From an uncultured cyanobacterium (lineage in GTDB: Bacteria; Cyanobacteriota; Cyanobacteriia; Cyanobacteriales; CAWCAG01), in assembly GCA_963793425.1 (NCBI GenBank), contig CAWCAG010000005.1, positions 1,344,001 through 1,408,000 of the forward strand: a stretch of 64,000 nt of DNA, in the 5' to 3' direction. Position numbers and translations under genes: made by a program. The notes beneath the pieces are model-generated. The model had not been told where the DNA came from and made no database searches. It worked only from the letters and a program-made list of their open reading frames with translations. Of this stretch, positions 31,823 through 42,963 are shown in pieces; within the stretch, counting starts at the first letter, position 1, and the number at the start of each line of letters is the position of its first letter.

Positions 31823-32920
31823 ATGAGACAACAGTCAAATAGCCACCCTCAGACTTTGATTATCACTGGAATGCATCGTTCCGGCACATCTTTGACCGCT
31901 TCTTTACTAGAAAGTGCAGGAGTAGATGTTGGCAGAAGACTTTTACAATCTCATGAGTCAAATAAAAAGGGTCACTTTGAAAACCTAGATTTCTTGGATT
32001 TCCATAGCAAAGTCCTCTTTTCTCAAGGAGTTAGTCCAGATGGTTGGACAGAAGAAACTGTTACTGTTCCAGAACAGTTTTTGGCGAAAGCGAAGTCGAT
32101 TGTACAGAAGAATATGTCTCAGCCTGTTTGGGGCTGGAAAGAACCCCGAACAACACTATTTCTGGATTTTTGGGCTAATTTACTTCCAGAAGCTAAGTTT
32201 ATCTTTGTTTATCGTTCTCCTTGGGAAGTGATTGATTCGCTATATCGTCGTGGAGATGCTACTTTTGTGGATAATCCCAATTTTGCTTTACAAGTTTGGT
32301 TGAACTACAACGAAATTATTAGGAATTTTTGCGATCGCTTCTCCAAAAGGTGCTTGTTATTTAAACTTGAAAATATTATTAAAGACCCCAATATACTAGT
32401 TACTTCCATTAAAGATAAATTTGGTATCCCCCTCAAAGCAGTAGATAATTTATACGAAGAAAATTTATTAAACCATCAGGTTGCAAATTCCCATCGCCCT
32501 GTCCTAATCAAAACTTATTTTCCTGAAGCGATCGCCCTTTACCAGGAACTTGACAAGAGGGCTGTACAAGTACAAAAATTTGACAGTTACCCAGTTAACG
32601 AAGCAGACTCATTACCATCTTATTCAGAATGGGTTCTTCAAGACTGGTTGAATGTAAGGAGACAAGAGGCTCAACTACAACAACTACAACAAACTCAAAC
32701 TCAACTACAACAAACTCAAACTCAACTACAACAAACCCAAACCCAACTACAACAAACTCAAACCCAACTACAACAAACTCAAACCCAACTACAACAAACT
32801 CAAACCCAACTACAACAAACCCAAACTAATCTGATGGCAATGAAAAGCAGCAAATTCTGGAAACTAAGAACTTCTTGGTTTCGTCTCAAGGGGGTAATCG
32901 GTTTACATAATAATGATTAG
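31823..32920 (+). CDS. Sulfotransferase with C-terminal heptad coiled coil
   Basis: 5'-PSB ITGMHRSGTS, WGWKEPR, 3'-PB YRSPWEVIDS, (QLQQTQT)x7 and an SSKFWKLR tail. Confidence 0.88.
   Translation: MRQQSNSHPQTLIITGMHRSGTSLTASLLESAGVDVGRRLLQSHESNKKGHFENLDFLDFHSKVLFSQGVSPDGWTEETVTVPEQFLAKAKSIVQKNMSQPVWGWKEPRTTLFLDFWANLLPEAKFIFVYRSPWEVIDSLYRRGDATFVDNPNFALQVWLNYNEIIRNFCDRFSKRCLLFKLENIIKDPNILVTSIKDKFGIPLKAVDNLYEENLLNHQVANSHRPVLIKTYFPEAIALYQELDKRAVQVQKFDSYPVNEADSLPSYSEWVLQDWLNVRRQEAQLQQLQQTQTQLQQTQTQLQQTQTQLQQTQTQLQQTQTQLQQTQTQLQQTQTNLMAMKSSKFWKLRTSWFRLKGVIGLHNND
32681..32827 (+). repeat. Intragenic 21-bp tandem repeat x7
   Basis: CAACTACAACAAACYCAAACY x7; the units differ only at the wobble positions of the Thr codons. 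Confidence 0.95.
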
Positions 32921-33740
32921 TAAAAAGTTGAGACTACCTCTGGCTAAAAGTTGGAGAGAAAAATTAGACTTGTTGCGGATGCTAGTGCGGCGGGACTTAG
33001 AAGGGCGATATAAAGGTTCTGTACTAGGCAACTTTTGGCCTCTACTAAACCAGCTTTCTCAATTACTCATTTATACCTACGTCTTCTCAATTGTTCTCAA
33101 AGTCAAGCTGAGTATGAAAGGTTTACCAGAGGATAGTAGCATTGGCTTTGGACTCTGGCTATTTGCTGGTTTACTCCCTTGGCTTGCCTTCACAGGAGGA
33201 TTAACTCAGTCAGCAAATTCTGTGGTTGGACAGCCTAATTTAGTTAAGAAGGTGGTATTTCCTCTCGCTTTACTACCTTTAGTACCGATTTTTTCAGCAT
33301 TTGTGGAAAGTTCTTTTGGTTTAGCCGCATTAATTGTTCTAGTTGCTATTTCCTCTGGTACTCTACACACAACTCTTGCCCTCCTACCCTTAGTTTGGTT
33401 GCCTCAACTATTATTAACTGCGGGTTTAGGTTATTTATGTGCAGGGTTAACGGTATTCTTACGAGATATTCCTCAGACTTTGGGAGTGCTTTTAAACTTG
33501 GGCTTTTACCTAACTCCCATTGTTTATCCAGCTAATGTCATTCCTGAACAGTTTAGGGATTGGGTTTTTTGGTTAAATCCTTTAGCTGCGATCGCACAAG
33601 TGTACAGAGATTTGGTTTTAACAGGGGAAGTTAGCCATTGGGGGGAATGGGGTGTTGCCTCTGCAATGGCTTTGGCTATCTTTACAGCAGGATTATGGGT
33701 ATATCAACGCTTGCGTCCGGGGTTTGCTGATGTATTATAA
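32913..33740 (+). CDS. wzm: Polysaccharide ABC exporter permease
   Basis: RDLEGRYKGSVLG, KKVVFP, YLTPIVYP, LNPL and FADVL motifs. Confidence 0.93.
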   Translation: MISKKLRLPLAKSWREKLDLLRMLVRRDLEGRYKGSVLGNFWPLLNQLSQLLIYTYVFSIVLKVKLSMKGLPEDSSIGFGLWLFAGLLPWLAFTGGLTQSANSVVGQPNLVKKVVFPLALLPLVPIFSAFVESSFGLAALIVLVAISSGTLHTTLALLPLVWLPQLLLTAGLGYLCAGLTVFLRDIPQTLGVLLNLGFYLTPIVYPANVIPEQFRDWVFWLNPLAAIAQVYRDLVLTGEVSHWGEWGVASAMALAIFTAGLWVYQRLRPGFADVL

Positions 33741-33881
33741 AGTTTGGCTAACAGCTTACTTCGTTTGGGTAATGAAAGAAGACAATCTATATTCTGCTAA
33801 AAAATTCCTCAAAATTTGATAGATGTTATTAAAAAATGTATAAATTATTAACTTTTACTCTAATAAAAACTAGTTGGATAT

Positions 33882-35693
33882 ATGAATTCAGAAGATTTAG
33901 CAAATTCAAAAATAATATTCATCAGGAAAAAACTCAATAAACTTAAGCAAGTATGGAAGAAAGAAGGAACTTTAGGTGTTTTCAAATTTATTTATCAAAA
34001 GATTACGAAAAAAAATAAGAGTAAGGTTAGCTATCAAAAGTGGTTTGAAAAGAACCAGTTAAAAAATGGTGATATCATCAAAGCTCGCTGGCAAATAAGC
34101 CAGATGAAATTACGCCCCAAATTTTCAGTCATTATGCCAGTGTATAATGTTGAAAAAAAATGGCTAGAGAAAGCAATTGAATCTGTACGTGAACAAATTT
34201 ATCCTGACTGGGAACTTTGCATAGCTGATGATGCTTCAACTGAACCTCATATTCGGCCGCTTCTTGAGAAATACAGTAAGCTTGATTCTCGCATTAAAGT
34301 TCTCTTCAGAAAAGAAAATGGTCACATTTCTACTGCTAGTAACTCTGCTTTAGAACTAGCAACAGGGGACTATATTGCTCTTTTAGATCATGATGATGAA
34401 TTGACTATTAATGCTTTATTGGAAAATGCGAAGTTAATCAATAGTCATCCGAAAGCAGATTTCATCTATAGCGATGAAGACAAGATAGACACAAAAGGGA
34501 ATTTTTCAGAACCATTTTTTAAGCCAGATTGGTCTCCAGAATACTTCTATGCTTGTATGTATACCTGCCATTTAGGTGTCTATCGAACTAAGCTAATTAG
34601 AGAAATTAAGGGTTTTCGTAGCGAGTATGATGGTTCGCAAGATTATGATCTCGTTTTAAGATTCGTTGAAAAAACAAAAAACATTTATCATATTCCTAAA
34701 ATTCTTTACCATTGGCGCATGATACCTACCTCCGCCGCCTCTACACCCGAAGCTAAACCTTGGGCTTATAAAGCCGGTTGGAAAGCTCTAGAATCTATGT
34801 TAGAGCGTAGCTTATATTCAGGGTTTGTCTCTGAGCAGATCAGCCCTGGATCGTACCGAACAAGACGAAAAATTATCGATCAACCTTTGGTGAGTATTAT
34901 TATTCCCAGTGCTGGTAAATGGGTAGATACACATCAAGGTTCCGTGTGCATCCTTCAAAAGTGTATTCAAAGTATTAGGCAATTAAGCACTTATCGTAAT
35001 TTTGAAATTATCTTAGTTGATGGTTATGATATCGCTGAATCAACTCTCAAGGAAATCTCAGATTCTGATTTAACTATAGTTCGTTGTGACGAACCTTTCA
35101 ACTTCTCCATGAGAATAAATACGGGAGTAGCAAAAGCGGCAGGAAAATTCTTGTTACTCTTGAACGATGACATAGAAATTATTACCCCTGATTGGATTGA
35201 ATCCATGTTGGAATTTGCTCAACAGGATGAAATTGGCGCAGTAGGAGCTAAGCTATTTAGTGCTGATAGGGAAATTCAACATATTGGAGTTATTTTATTT
35301 GAAAATATACCCGAACATATTTTTTATCATTGGCCAGGAGATCACTTGGGCTATTTCAATTTCAACTGTGTCAATAAAAATTATTTAGCTGTTACGGCTG
35401 CTTGTTTAATGGTCAGGAAAGAACTATTTGAGCAACTAGGAGGACTAGATGAAGAATTTCCTATTAACTACGGAGATGTAGATTTCTGTATGAAAATATA
35501 TCAAGCAGGATATAGAAATGTGGTTACGCCATTTGCTCAACTAATTCATTATGAATCTGTTAGTAGAGGTAAAGGTGCAGAAGCTGAGGAGAAGAAAGAA
35601 TTTAAGCAAAAGTGGCAAAATTATCTTAATTCTATAGGAGGAGATCCTTATTACCATCCAATTTTTGAGAATAGGGGGGATTTTGATTTTTAA
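33882..35693 (+). CDS. Two-domain GT2 glycosyltransferase
   Basis: SVIMPVYN, LLDHDD, YSDED and GSQDYD in the first domain; LLNDD, AVTAACL and DVDFC in the second. Confidence 0.92.
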   Translation: MNSEDLANSKIIFIRKKLNKLKQVWKKEGTLGVFKFIYQKITKKNKSKVSYQKWFEKNQLKNGDIIKARWQISQMKLRPKFSVIMPVYNVEKKWLEKAIESVREQIYPDWELCIADDASTEPHIRPLLEKYSKLDSRIKVLFRKENGHISTASNSALELATGDYIALLDHDDELTINALLENAKLINSHPKADFIYSDEDKIDTKGNFSEPFFKPDWSPEYFYACMYTCHLGVYRTKLIREIKGFRSEYDGSQDYDLVLRFVEKTKNIYHIPKILYHWRMIPTSAASTPEAKPWAYKAGWKALESMLERSLYSGFVSEQISPGSYRTRRKIIDQPLVSIIIPSAGKWVDTHQGSVCILQKCIQSIRQLSTYRNFEIILVDGYDIAESTLKEISDSDLTIVRCDEPFNFSMRINTGVAKAAGKFLLLLNDDIEIITPDWIESMLEFAQQDEIGAVGAKLFSADREIQHIGVILFENIPEHIFYHWPGDHLGYFNFNCVNKNYLAVTAACLMVRKELFEQLGGLDEEFPINYGDVDFCMKIYQAGYRNVVTPFAQLIHYESVSRGKGAEAEEKKEFKQKWQNYLNSIGGDPYYHPIFENRGDFDF

Positions 35694-35830
35694 TCTCAAT
35701 CAAAATTGAAACTCACTTTAAAGAGGGAGAAGGCAAGTTTCATAAAAAGCTCTTAATAAGCTAGAAAAAACGATTAATTATCCCCTCTTATTAAAAAGAA
35801 TATTGCAATAGAAAAAATTTACAGAGGTAG

Positions 35831-36619
35831 ATGAAAAAGCCAAATATATTAGACTCTTATATTCATAGTTGCCCTAGCTATCAAAACATTTTGGATATAT
35901 TCAGTGGTGAATGGGCCTCGAAAATACCCAGTGAAGCTCATTTGGTTACTGAACCTGGATTTGCTGGCTTGTTTGAAGATCCAAGAATAAGCTGGATCTC
36001 AGAAGTTTTTGGAAGCCTTGAGGGCAAGAAAGTTCTTGAGCTTGGCCCTTTAGAAGGTGGACACTCTTATATGCTCAACAAGATGGGAGTAGCTAGGGTA
36101 GATGCAGTCGAATCTAATACCAGAGCGTTTCTAAAGTGCTTATGTATTAAAGAAATATTTGACTTGCAAAACGTTAAATTCATGCTTGGTGACTTTAACG
36201 CATTTCTTGAAGAGGAAGATAAAAAGTACGACCTGATAGTTGCAAGTGGTGTTCTATACCACATGATAGATCCAATACAACTTCTGAGGTTAATAGCAAA
36301 AACAACTGATAAAGTTATGATTTGGACTCATTACTATGACAGTTCTATTATTTCCAGTAACAAGATTCTTGCCAAAAACTTTTCGAAGCCACATAAGTTC
36401 TCTTTAGATAGGATATCTGTTGAGTTAGCAGAACAATCCTATAATGAAGCTCTTGGTTGGCAGGGTTTTTGCGGTGGTAGTAAGCCAACAAGCAAATGGC
36501 TAACTCGACTGTCTATTCTAAACTTGTTGGAAGGTCTAGGATTTTCCGATCTGAATATAGGGTTTGAAAATAAAAATCACCCTAATGGCCCCTCTTTTGC
36601 TATATGTGCAGCAAAGTAG
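35831..36619 (+). CDS. Class I SAM-dependent methyltransferase
   Basis: VLELGPLEGG and DLIVASGVLYH motifs. Confidence 0.85.
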   Translation: MKKPNILDSYIHSCPSYQNILDIFSGEWASKIPSEAHLVTEPGFAGLFEDPRISWISEVFGSLEGKKVLELGPLEGGHSYMLNKMGVARVDAVESNTRAFLKCLCIKEIFDLQNVKFMLGDFNAFLEEEDKKYDLIVASGVLYHMIDPIQLLRLIAKTTDKVMIWTHYYDSSIISSNKILAKNFSKPHKFSLDRISVELAEQSYNEALGWQGFCGGSKPTSKWLTRLSILNLLEGLGFSDLNIGFENKNHPNGPSFAICAAK

Positions 36620-36888
36620 CGAGAAATCATTAACATCTGACAATAAAACAGCTACATATTATCTCTGAGTAAAATTCAAACCTAGTAAAGAGGAACTCTA
36701 CACATTCAGTTTATTTCAGTCAATATTACCCTATTTTACTAGTATGTTCGGCTTTTTGCCTTTTACTACTCTTAAACTGTGATGATCCCTGTTGCTAGAG
36801 AATTTATCCTGTATTCATATTCCAAGTTAAAAATGCTATATAATCTCAAACATTTCCTTAGACAAAATCAATATTCCTTTTAAAAAAA

Positions 36889-37692
36889 ATGTCAATGTGG
36901 GAATCTAACCAGACCAAACTACCTGTTGTTATCCTCTGCGGAGGTCGCGGCACTCGATTAAAAGAAGAAACTGAATGGCGACCAAAACCAATGGTTTCTA
37001 TTGGTGAAAGACCAATACTGTGGCATATCATGAAAATCTATGCTAGCCATGGTTTCACAAACTTCATTCTTTGCCTGGGATACAAAGGAGATATCATTCG
37101 AGATTATTTCCTCAATTATGATCTAAAAAACTCGGACATCAAAGTCGATTTAGGGAGTAAGCGAGTTACTAAGCTATCAGACGGACACGAGGCAAATAAC
37201 TGGTCAGTTACTCTAGTGGATACGGGACAAAAATCCATGACTGGCGGACGTTTGAAGATTGCCAGCAAATATATTAATAGCGATACTTTCTGTTTTACTT
37301 ATGGTGATGGGGTAGCCAATATAGATATTGATTCGTTAGTTCAGTTTCACTCGGAAAAGGGAAAATGGGCAACAGTTACTGCCGTAAGACCATCATCTCG
37401 CTATGGAGAATTGGTTATCAATAATGGTATCGCCGAAGCTTTTGCTGAGAAACCACAAACTCACGAAGGATGGATTAATGGGGGGTTCTTCGTACTTAAT
37501 CGCAAAGTTATAGACTTCATCAAAGATGAGGAAACTATTTGGGAACAAGAACCTTTACAAAAGCTCGCTGAAACTGGAGAACTAGCAGTTTACCAGCATC
37601 AAAATTTCTGGCAGAGTATGGATACTTACCGGGAAATGGAATTACTAAACGACCTTTGGAATAGGGGGAATGCTCCTTGGAAGGTATGGTGA
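36889..37692 (+). CDS. rfbF: Glucose-1-phosphate cytidylyltransferase
   Basis: [39 protein letters not shown] and APWKVW motifs. Confidence 0.93.
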   Translation: MSMWESNQTKLPVVILCGGRGTRLKEETEWRPKPMVSIGERPILWHIMKIYASHGFTNFILCLGYKGDIIRDYFLNYDLKNSDIKVDLGSKRVTKLSDGHEANNWSVTLVDTGQKSMTGGRLKIASKYINSDTFCFTYGDGVANIDIDSLVQFHSEKGKWATVTAVRPSSRYGELVINNGIAEAFAEKPQTHEGWINGGFFVLNRKVIDFIKDEETIWEQEPLQKLAETGELAVYQHQNFWQSMDTYREMELLNDLWNRGNAPWKVW

Positions 37693-38693
37693 TGTCTAAT
37701 TTTTGGCGCGATCGCTCTGTCTTTGTCACTGGCGGTACAGGACTATTAGGGAGTTGGTTAGTTACTGAACTAGTCCAAAAAGGAGCTAAAGTTACAGGAT
37801 TAGTCAGAGATTTAGTGCCAAACTCTCGCTTATATACAGAAAAATGGCATCAGCAAATTAATATAGTACATGGTGGAGTTGAGGATCTATCTACTTTAAA
37901 ACGCGCTTTGGCTGAATACGAAGTAGATACGGTGTTTCATCTAGCAGCTCAAACTATTGTTGGTGTCGCTAACCGAGACCCATTGGGAACCTTTGAAGCA
38001 AATATTAAAGGTACTTGGAATCTCCTCGAAGCCTGCCGTCAGGTAAGGGAAGTTAGTCGTATTGTGGTAGCTTCAAGTGATAAAGCTTATGGAGACCAAC
38101 TAGTACTTCCCTATGATGAAACTACACCTCTACAAGGGGAGCATCCTTACGATGTTTCTAAAAGTTGTGCTGATTTGCTTTGTCGGACTTACTATGTGAG
38201 TTACCAGCTACCAGTGTGTATAACTCGATGTGGCAATTTTTATGGAGGAGGAGACTTAAACTTCAATCGAATTGTACCAGATACAATTCGCTCCACATTA
38301 CGCAATAATCCAGTTATTATCCGTAGTGATGGGAGCTATATTCGGGATTACTTTTACGTTAAAGATGGTGCTTTAGCCTATTTACATCTAGCTGAACAAA
38401 TGGATAGAGCAGAGATTTTAGGAGAAGCTTTTAATTTCAGTAATGAGTTACAGATTACTGTTTTGGATATAGTAAAAAAGATTCTCGACTTAATGAATCA
38501 AAGTCATTTGGAACCTGTTATTCTTAATCAAGTTAAAAATGAAATCAAGCATCAATACCTATCAGCGAAAAAAGCACGCGAGCTACTAAATTGGCATCCC
38601 AAATATTCCCTTGATGAAGGTCTAAAAGAAACAATTGATTGGTATAAAATTTTTCTAGATTCTCAAAAATTAACCTCTGAACCAACTAAGTAG
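37686..38693 (+). CDS. rfbG: NDP-sugar dehydratase, likely CDP-glucose 4,6-dehydratase
   Basis: FW...[20 protein letters not shown] and YDVSK motifs; located between rfbF and rfbH. Confidence 0.75.
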   Translation: MVMSNFWRDRSVFVTGGTGLLGSWLVTELVQKGAKVTGLVRDLVPNSRLYTEKWHQQINIVHGGVEDLSTLKRALAEYEVDTVFHLAAQTIVGVANRDPLGTFEANIKGTWNLLEACRQVREVSRIVVASSDKAYGDQLVLPYDETTPLQGEHPYDVSKSCADLLCRTYYVSYQLPVCITRCGNFYGGGDLNFNRIVPDTIRSTLRNNPVIIRSDGSYIRDYFYVKDGALAYLHLAEQMDRAEILGEAFNFSNELQITVLDIVKKILDLMNQSHLEPVILNQVKNEIKHQYLSAKKARELLNWHPKYSLDEGLKETIDWYKIFLDSQKLTSEPTK

Positions 38694-38697
38694 TTGT

Positions 38698-40044
38698 ATG
38701 AATCAATCTCTTTCTCATCTAGTAAGTCAGTCTGAATTAGAGCAAGAAATGCGCTCTAAAGTTCTTGAGACAGTTCTTGCCTATTATAATTTTAAATTTT
38801 CAGCTCGGAAATTCATTCCTGGTCAAACTTATATACCCGTTTCAGGTAAAGTTTTTGATGAAGATGAACTCCTTAAGCTAGTAGACTCCTCCCTGGACTT
38901 TTGGCTGACAACAGGACGCTACGCCAGGGAATTTGAGCAGAAATTTGCAACCTGGATGGGTATCAAACATTGTCTTTTAGTTAACTCTGGTTCTAGTGCC
39001 AATTTATTAGCGTTAACAGCTCTCACCTCACCCAAACTAGGAGATCAGCGACTACAACCTGGTGATGAGGTGATTACAGTTGCTGCGGGATTTCCCACTA
39101 CAGTTAATCCGATTTTTCAAAATCAGCTAGTTCCAGTTTTTCTAGATGTAGAAATACCTAGCTATGATATTGATGTTTCTCAACTAGAAGCGGCTTTATC
39201 CTCCCGGACAAGAGCTATCATGATTGCTCATACTTTGGGGAATCCCTTTGATATAAAAACGATAATGGCGTTTGCTCAGAAGCACAATCTTTGGGTAATT
39301 GAAGATAACTGTGACGCAGTGGGTAGTCTTTATGAAAACTGCAAAACTGGTACTTTCGGACATTTAGCCACTGTCAGTTTTTATCCTGCTCACCATATGA
39401 CAATGGGAGAAGGAGGAGCAATATTAACCAGTGATACTCGACTGAAAAAAATAGTAGAATCTTTTCGTGATTGGGGTCGTGATTGTTGGTGTCCTCCAGG
39501 AATAGATAATACCTGCGGAAAACGTTTTAGCTGGCAACTTGGCAATTTACCTTCCGGCTATGATCATAAGTATACTTACTCTCACATAGGCTACAACCTA
39601 AAAATGACTGATATGCAAGCAGCAGTCGGTTGCGCTCAACTCGAAAAGTTACCAAATTTCATCACTAAGCGTCGAGAAAACTTCCAATTTTTGTCTGAGC
39701 AATTGGCAGATTTACAGGAATTATTAGTCTTGCCTAAAGCAACTAATAATTCTGAACCTAGCTGGTTTGGCTTTCCCATATTTATCCGAGATAATGCTCC
39801 TTTTAGTCGCAATGAATTGGTTCAGCATTTGGAAAATAAACGTATTGGTACTCGTCTATTATTTGGTGGTAATTTGTTAAGACAGCCAGCATATCAGGGA
39901 TTAAATTATCGGACAGTGGGAACACTCAGTAACTCAGATAGAGTAATGCACAGTGTTTTTTGGATTGGGGTATTTCCTGGTTTAACAGAAGAGATGTTAA
40001 CTTACATAACTTCAACTATTCGCCAGTTTTGCCAGAAATTTTAA
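38698..40044 (+). CDS. rfbH: CDP-4-keto-6-deoxyglucose 3-dehydratase (E1, DdhC)
   Basis: [14 protein letters not shown] (His in place of the PLP-binding Lys) and the [11 protein letters not shown] Fe-S motif. Confidence 0.95.
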   Translation: MNQSLSHLVSQSELEQEMRSKVLETVLAYYNFKFSARKFIPGQTYIPVSGKVFDEDELLKLVDSSLDFWLTTGRYAREFEQKFATWMGIKHCLLVNSGSSANLLALTALTSPKLGDQRLQPGDEVITVAAGFPTTVNPIFQNQLVPVFLDVEIPSYDIDVSQLEAALSSRTRAIMIAHTLGNPFDIKTIMAFAQKHNLWVIEDNCDAVGSLYENCKTGTFGHLATVSFYPAHHMTMGEGGAILTSDTRLKKIVESFRDWGRDCWCPPGIDNTCGKRFSWQLGNLPSGYDHKYTYSHIGYNLKMTDMQAAVGCAQLEKLPNFITKRRENFQFLSEQLADLQELLVLPKATNNSEPSWFGFPIFIRDNAPFSRNELVQHLENKRIGTRLLFGGNLLRQPAYQGLNYRTVGTLSNSDRVMHSVFWIGVFPGLTEEMLTYITSTIRQFCQKF

Positions 40045-40071
40045 GGAAACAAATATCTATTTATATCAGCC

Positions 40072-40980
40072 TTGAGTGAAGCAACACAAACTATCATAGT
40101 TACAGGAGCAACAGGTTTTTTAGGTAGTCATTTAGTCAAGAAACTACTTGAAGATAACCATAGAGTTGTTATTCTCAAGCGAAGCTTTTCTAATCCTAGG
40201 AGAATCAATGATGTTTTACCTTATCTCATTTGCTATGACATAGATAAATGTAAATTAGCTAAACCCTTTCGGGATTTTACTAGAGTAGATGCCATTATTC
40301 ATACAGCTACTTGTTATGGCCGTAAAAATGAAAGTACTGCTAGTATTTTTTCTACAAATACTTTTTGGCCTTTACAACTGCTTGAATATGCTAGTCAACA
40401 AGAAAACATAACTTTCTTTAATACTGATACAGTTTTGCCTAAACACTTAAATAACTACTCCCTTTCTAAAGCACATTTTCGTGAATGGGGAGAACATTTT
40501 TCTAAACAAGAAAAGATTAAGTTTATTAATATCAAGCTTGAACATATGTTTGGAGCTAATGATGATGACTCAAAATTTACGACCTATGTAATTAAAAACT
40601 GTCTTGCTAATACACCAGAACTTAAATTAACGTATGGAGAGCAGAAGCGAGATTTTATTCATATTGATGACGTTGTATCTGCATACAATATACTACTTTG
40701 CAATAAGGATAATCTAAACAAGTTTTACCAAGAGTTTGAATTAGGAAGTGGTAAGGCAATTTTTATTCGCCAATTTGTGGAGATGATACATAAATTAACC
40801 TTCTCACAGACAATTCTTAAATTTGGAGCTATAGATTATCGCCCAGATGAAATCATGTATTCTGAAGCGAAAGTAAAATCACTTCTAGATTTAGGTTGGA
40901 TGCCAGAACAAACCATAGAAGAAGGTTTACATAAAACTATTGCTTGGTATGTGAAAAATAAGCAAATGGAGGATAGTTAG
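40072..40980 (+). CDS. NAD-dependent 4-reductase, CDP-paratose/abequose synthase-like
   Basis: [27 protein letters not shown] and KLEHMFG motifs; located between rfbH and rfbE. Confidence 0.75.
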   Translation: MSEATQTIIVTGATGFLGSHLVKKLLEDNHRVVILKRSFSNPRRINDVLPYLICYDIDKCKLAKPFRDFTRVDAIIHTATCYGRKNESTASIFSTNTFWPLQLLEYASQQENITFFNTDTVLPKHLNNYSLSKAHFREWGEHFSKQEKIKFINIKLEHMFGANDDDSKFTTYVIKNCLANTPELKLTYGEQKRDFIHIDDVVSAYNILLCNKDNLNKFYQEFELGSGKAIFIRQFVEMIHKLTFSQTILKFGAIDYRPDEIMYSEAKVKSLLDLGWMPEQTIEEGLHKTIAWYVKNKQMEDS

Positions 40981-40982
40981 CT

Positions 40983-42023
40983 ATGAAATATTTAGTGACA
41001 GGGGGATGTGGGTTTTTAGGTAGTAACATTGCGGCACAAGTACTTAGCCAAGGTGATGAACTAATAGCATTGGATAATCTTTATCGTTTAGGAAGTCGTC
41101 AGAATCTAGACTGGTTAAAAAGTCAAGGTGACTTCCAGTTTACTCATGCTGATATTCGCAATTCCCATGATGTTGAGCAAATTATTAAAGAAGTTAAGCC
41201 AGAAGTTATTTTTCACTTGGCTGGTCAAGTCGCAATGACAACCTCTCTAGCTAATCCTCGTCTAGATTTTGAAGTGAATGCACTAGGTACACTAAACTTG
41301 CTTGAGGCAGTACGAAAGTTTTCTTCGGAAAGCGCTATTATCTATTCTTCTACAAATAAAGTCTACGGGGATTTAGAAAAAATTCAATATCAGGAGTTGG
41401 AGAAGCGATATATTTGTCCTGAATATCCGAAGGGGTTTGATGAGTCTTTTCCCCTTAATTTTCATTCTCCTTATGGTTGCTCAAAAGGCTCGGCTGACCA
41501 GTACATACAGGATTATAGTCGAATGTTTGGTTTACAGACTGTAGTATTTAGACACTCTTCTATCTATGGTGGACGGCAGTTTTCAACTTATGATCAAGGC
41601 TGGATTGGCTGGTTTTGTCAAAAAGCTTTGGAAATCAAACATAATCCCGATGTCAAGCCTTTTACAATATCCGGCAATGGTAAACAAGTACGTGATGTTT
41701 TATATGCCAGTGATGCTATAGCCTGTTATTTTCAAGCTGCTAAGAAAATTAGCCAAGTCAAAGGGCTAGTTTTTAACATTGGAGGTGGAGTAACAAATAG
41801 TCTTTCCCTACTTGAGTTATTTAGTTTACTAGAAGAACTAACTGGGACAAACTTACGGTGGGAACAACTTCCTTGGCGTGCTAGCGATCAAAAAGTATTT
41901 ATTGCTAACATCGAGCAAGCCCATCAAATCCTTCAATGGCAGCCACAAATTTCTTTTCGCGAAGGTATCAAGAAAGCTTTATCTTGGATTAATGATACTT
42001 TTAGTAAACCAAACAATGACTGA
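40983..42023 (+). CDS. rfbE: CDP-paratose 2-epimerase (CDP-tyvelose synthesis)
   Basis: [37 protein letters not shown] and TYDQGW motifs. Confidence 0.88.
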   Translation: MKYLVTGGCGFLGSNIAAQVLSQGDELIALDNLYRLGSRQNLDWLKSQGDFQFTHADIRNSHDVEQIIKEVKPEVIFHLAGQVAMTTSLANPRLDFEVNALGTLNLLEAVRKFSSESAIIYSSTNKVYGDLEKIQYQELEKRYICPEYPKGFDESFPLNFHSPYGCSKGSADQYIQDYSRMFGLQTVVFRHSSIYGGRQFSTYDQGWIGWFCQKALEIKHNPDVKPFTISGNGKQVRDVLYASDAIACYFQAAKKISQVKGLVFNIGGGVTNSLSLLELFSLLEELTGTNLRWEQLPWRASDQKVFIANIEQAHQILQWQPQISFREGIKKALSWINDTFSKPNND

Positions 42024-42963
42024 CAACAGAATGAAGTTGATTAGTGTAGTAACCCCTTGTTTTAACGAAGAAGAAAATATAGAAGATGTTTATACCAAAG
42101 TTAAGCACGAATTTGAGCAATTACAAAATTATCAGTATGAGCATATATTTATTGATAATTCTTCTCAAGATAGAACTGTAAGTATTCTGAGGGATATTGC
42201 TCAAAAAGATAAGAAGGTAAAGATCATAGTCAATGCGAGAAACTTTGGTTTTGTACGCTCTTCTTACTACGGCCTTCTTCAAGCCTATGGAGATGCTGTT
42301 ATATTTCTCTTAGCCGACTTGCAAGACCCACCTTCGATGATCGCTACATTTATTCAGGAATGGGAACAAGGACATAAAGTGGTGCAAGGGGTAAGAACTT
42401 CAAGCAAGGAGTCCTTTCTCTTATTCACAGTTAAAAGGCTTTACTATTATGTTCTGAACCAGTTATCAGATATACAGCTAACAAGAAATACAACTGGGTT
42501 TGGCCTTTATGATAAGCAAGTAATGGATATGCTCCGCCAAATAGATGATCCTTATCCTTACTTTAAGGGATTGATTTCAGAATTAGGATTTGACAGTAAG
42601 AAAATACAGTATGTAAGTGCGGCTCGTAAAAGAGGAGTTAGTAGCGCTAATTTTTTAATGCTTTATGATTTTGCCATGCTTGGCATCACAAGTCATAGCA
42701 AGCTTCCTCTAAGGCTAGCAACTATCACAGGTTTTTTTATGGCTTTACTAAGCTTGCTTATATCATTAGGATATCTTATCTATAAACTTTTATATTGGGA
42801 TTTGTTTCCTGTTGGAACAGCTTCTCTGCTTGTAGGAATATTCTTCATTGGCTCTGTGCAGCTATTTTTTATTGGTATTTTAGGAGAGTATATTGGCTTT
42901 ATGCATACCCAAATCCTGAAAAGACCAATAGTTATAGAAAGAGAAAGAATTAACTTTAAATAA
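42016..42963 (+). CDS. GtrB-like polyprenol-phosphate glycosyltransferase (GT2 plus 2 C-terminal TMs)
   Basis: TPCFNEE, ADLQDPP and GILGEYIG...RP motifs. The ATG at 42016 overlaps the end of rfbE. Confidence 0.9.
   Translation: MTDNRMKLISVVTPCFNEEENIEDVYTKVKHEFEQLQNYQYEHIFIDNSSQDRTVSILRDIAQKDKKVKIIVNARNFGFVRSSYYGLLQAYGDAVIFLLADLQDPPSMIATFIQEWEQGHKVVQGVRTSSKESFLLFTVKRLYYYVLNQLSDIQLTRNTTGFGLYDKQVMDMLRQIDDPYPYFKGLISELGFDSKKIQYVSAARKRGVSSANFLMLYDFAMLGITSHSKLPLRLATITGFFMALLSLLISLGYLIYKLLYWDLFPVGTASLLVGIFFIGSVQLFFIGILGEYIGFMHTQILKRPIVIERERINFK

Noticed and set aside
32629..32829. Thr/Asn-rich 66-aa ORF; also considered the repeat as a CRISPR array
   Set aside because: It is an alternative frame of the 21-bp coding repeat. 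The units are contiguous with no spacers, and there are no cas genes.
41878..42015. Extended N-terminus of the GtrB-like ORF
   Set aside because: It overlaps rfbE by more than 100 bp; the ATG at 42016 (or 42031) fits the family start.
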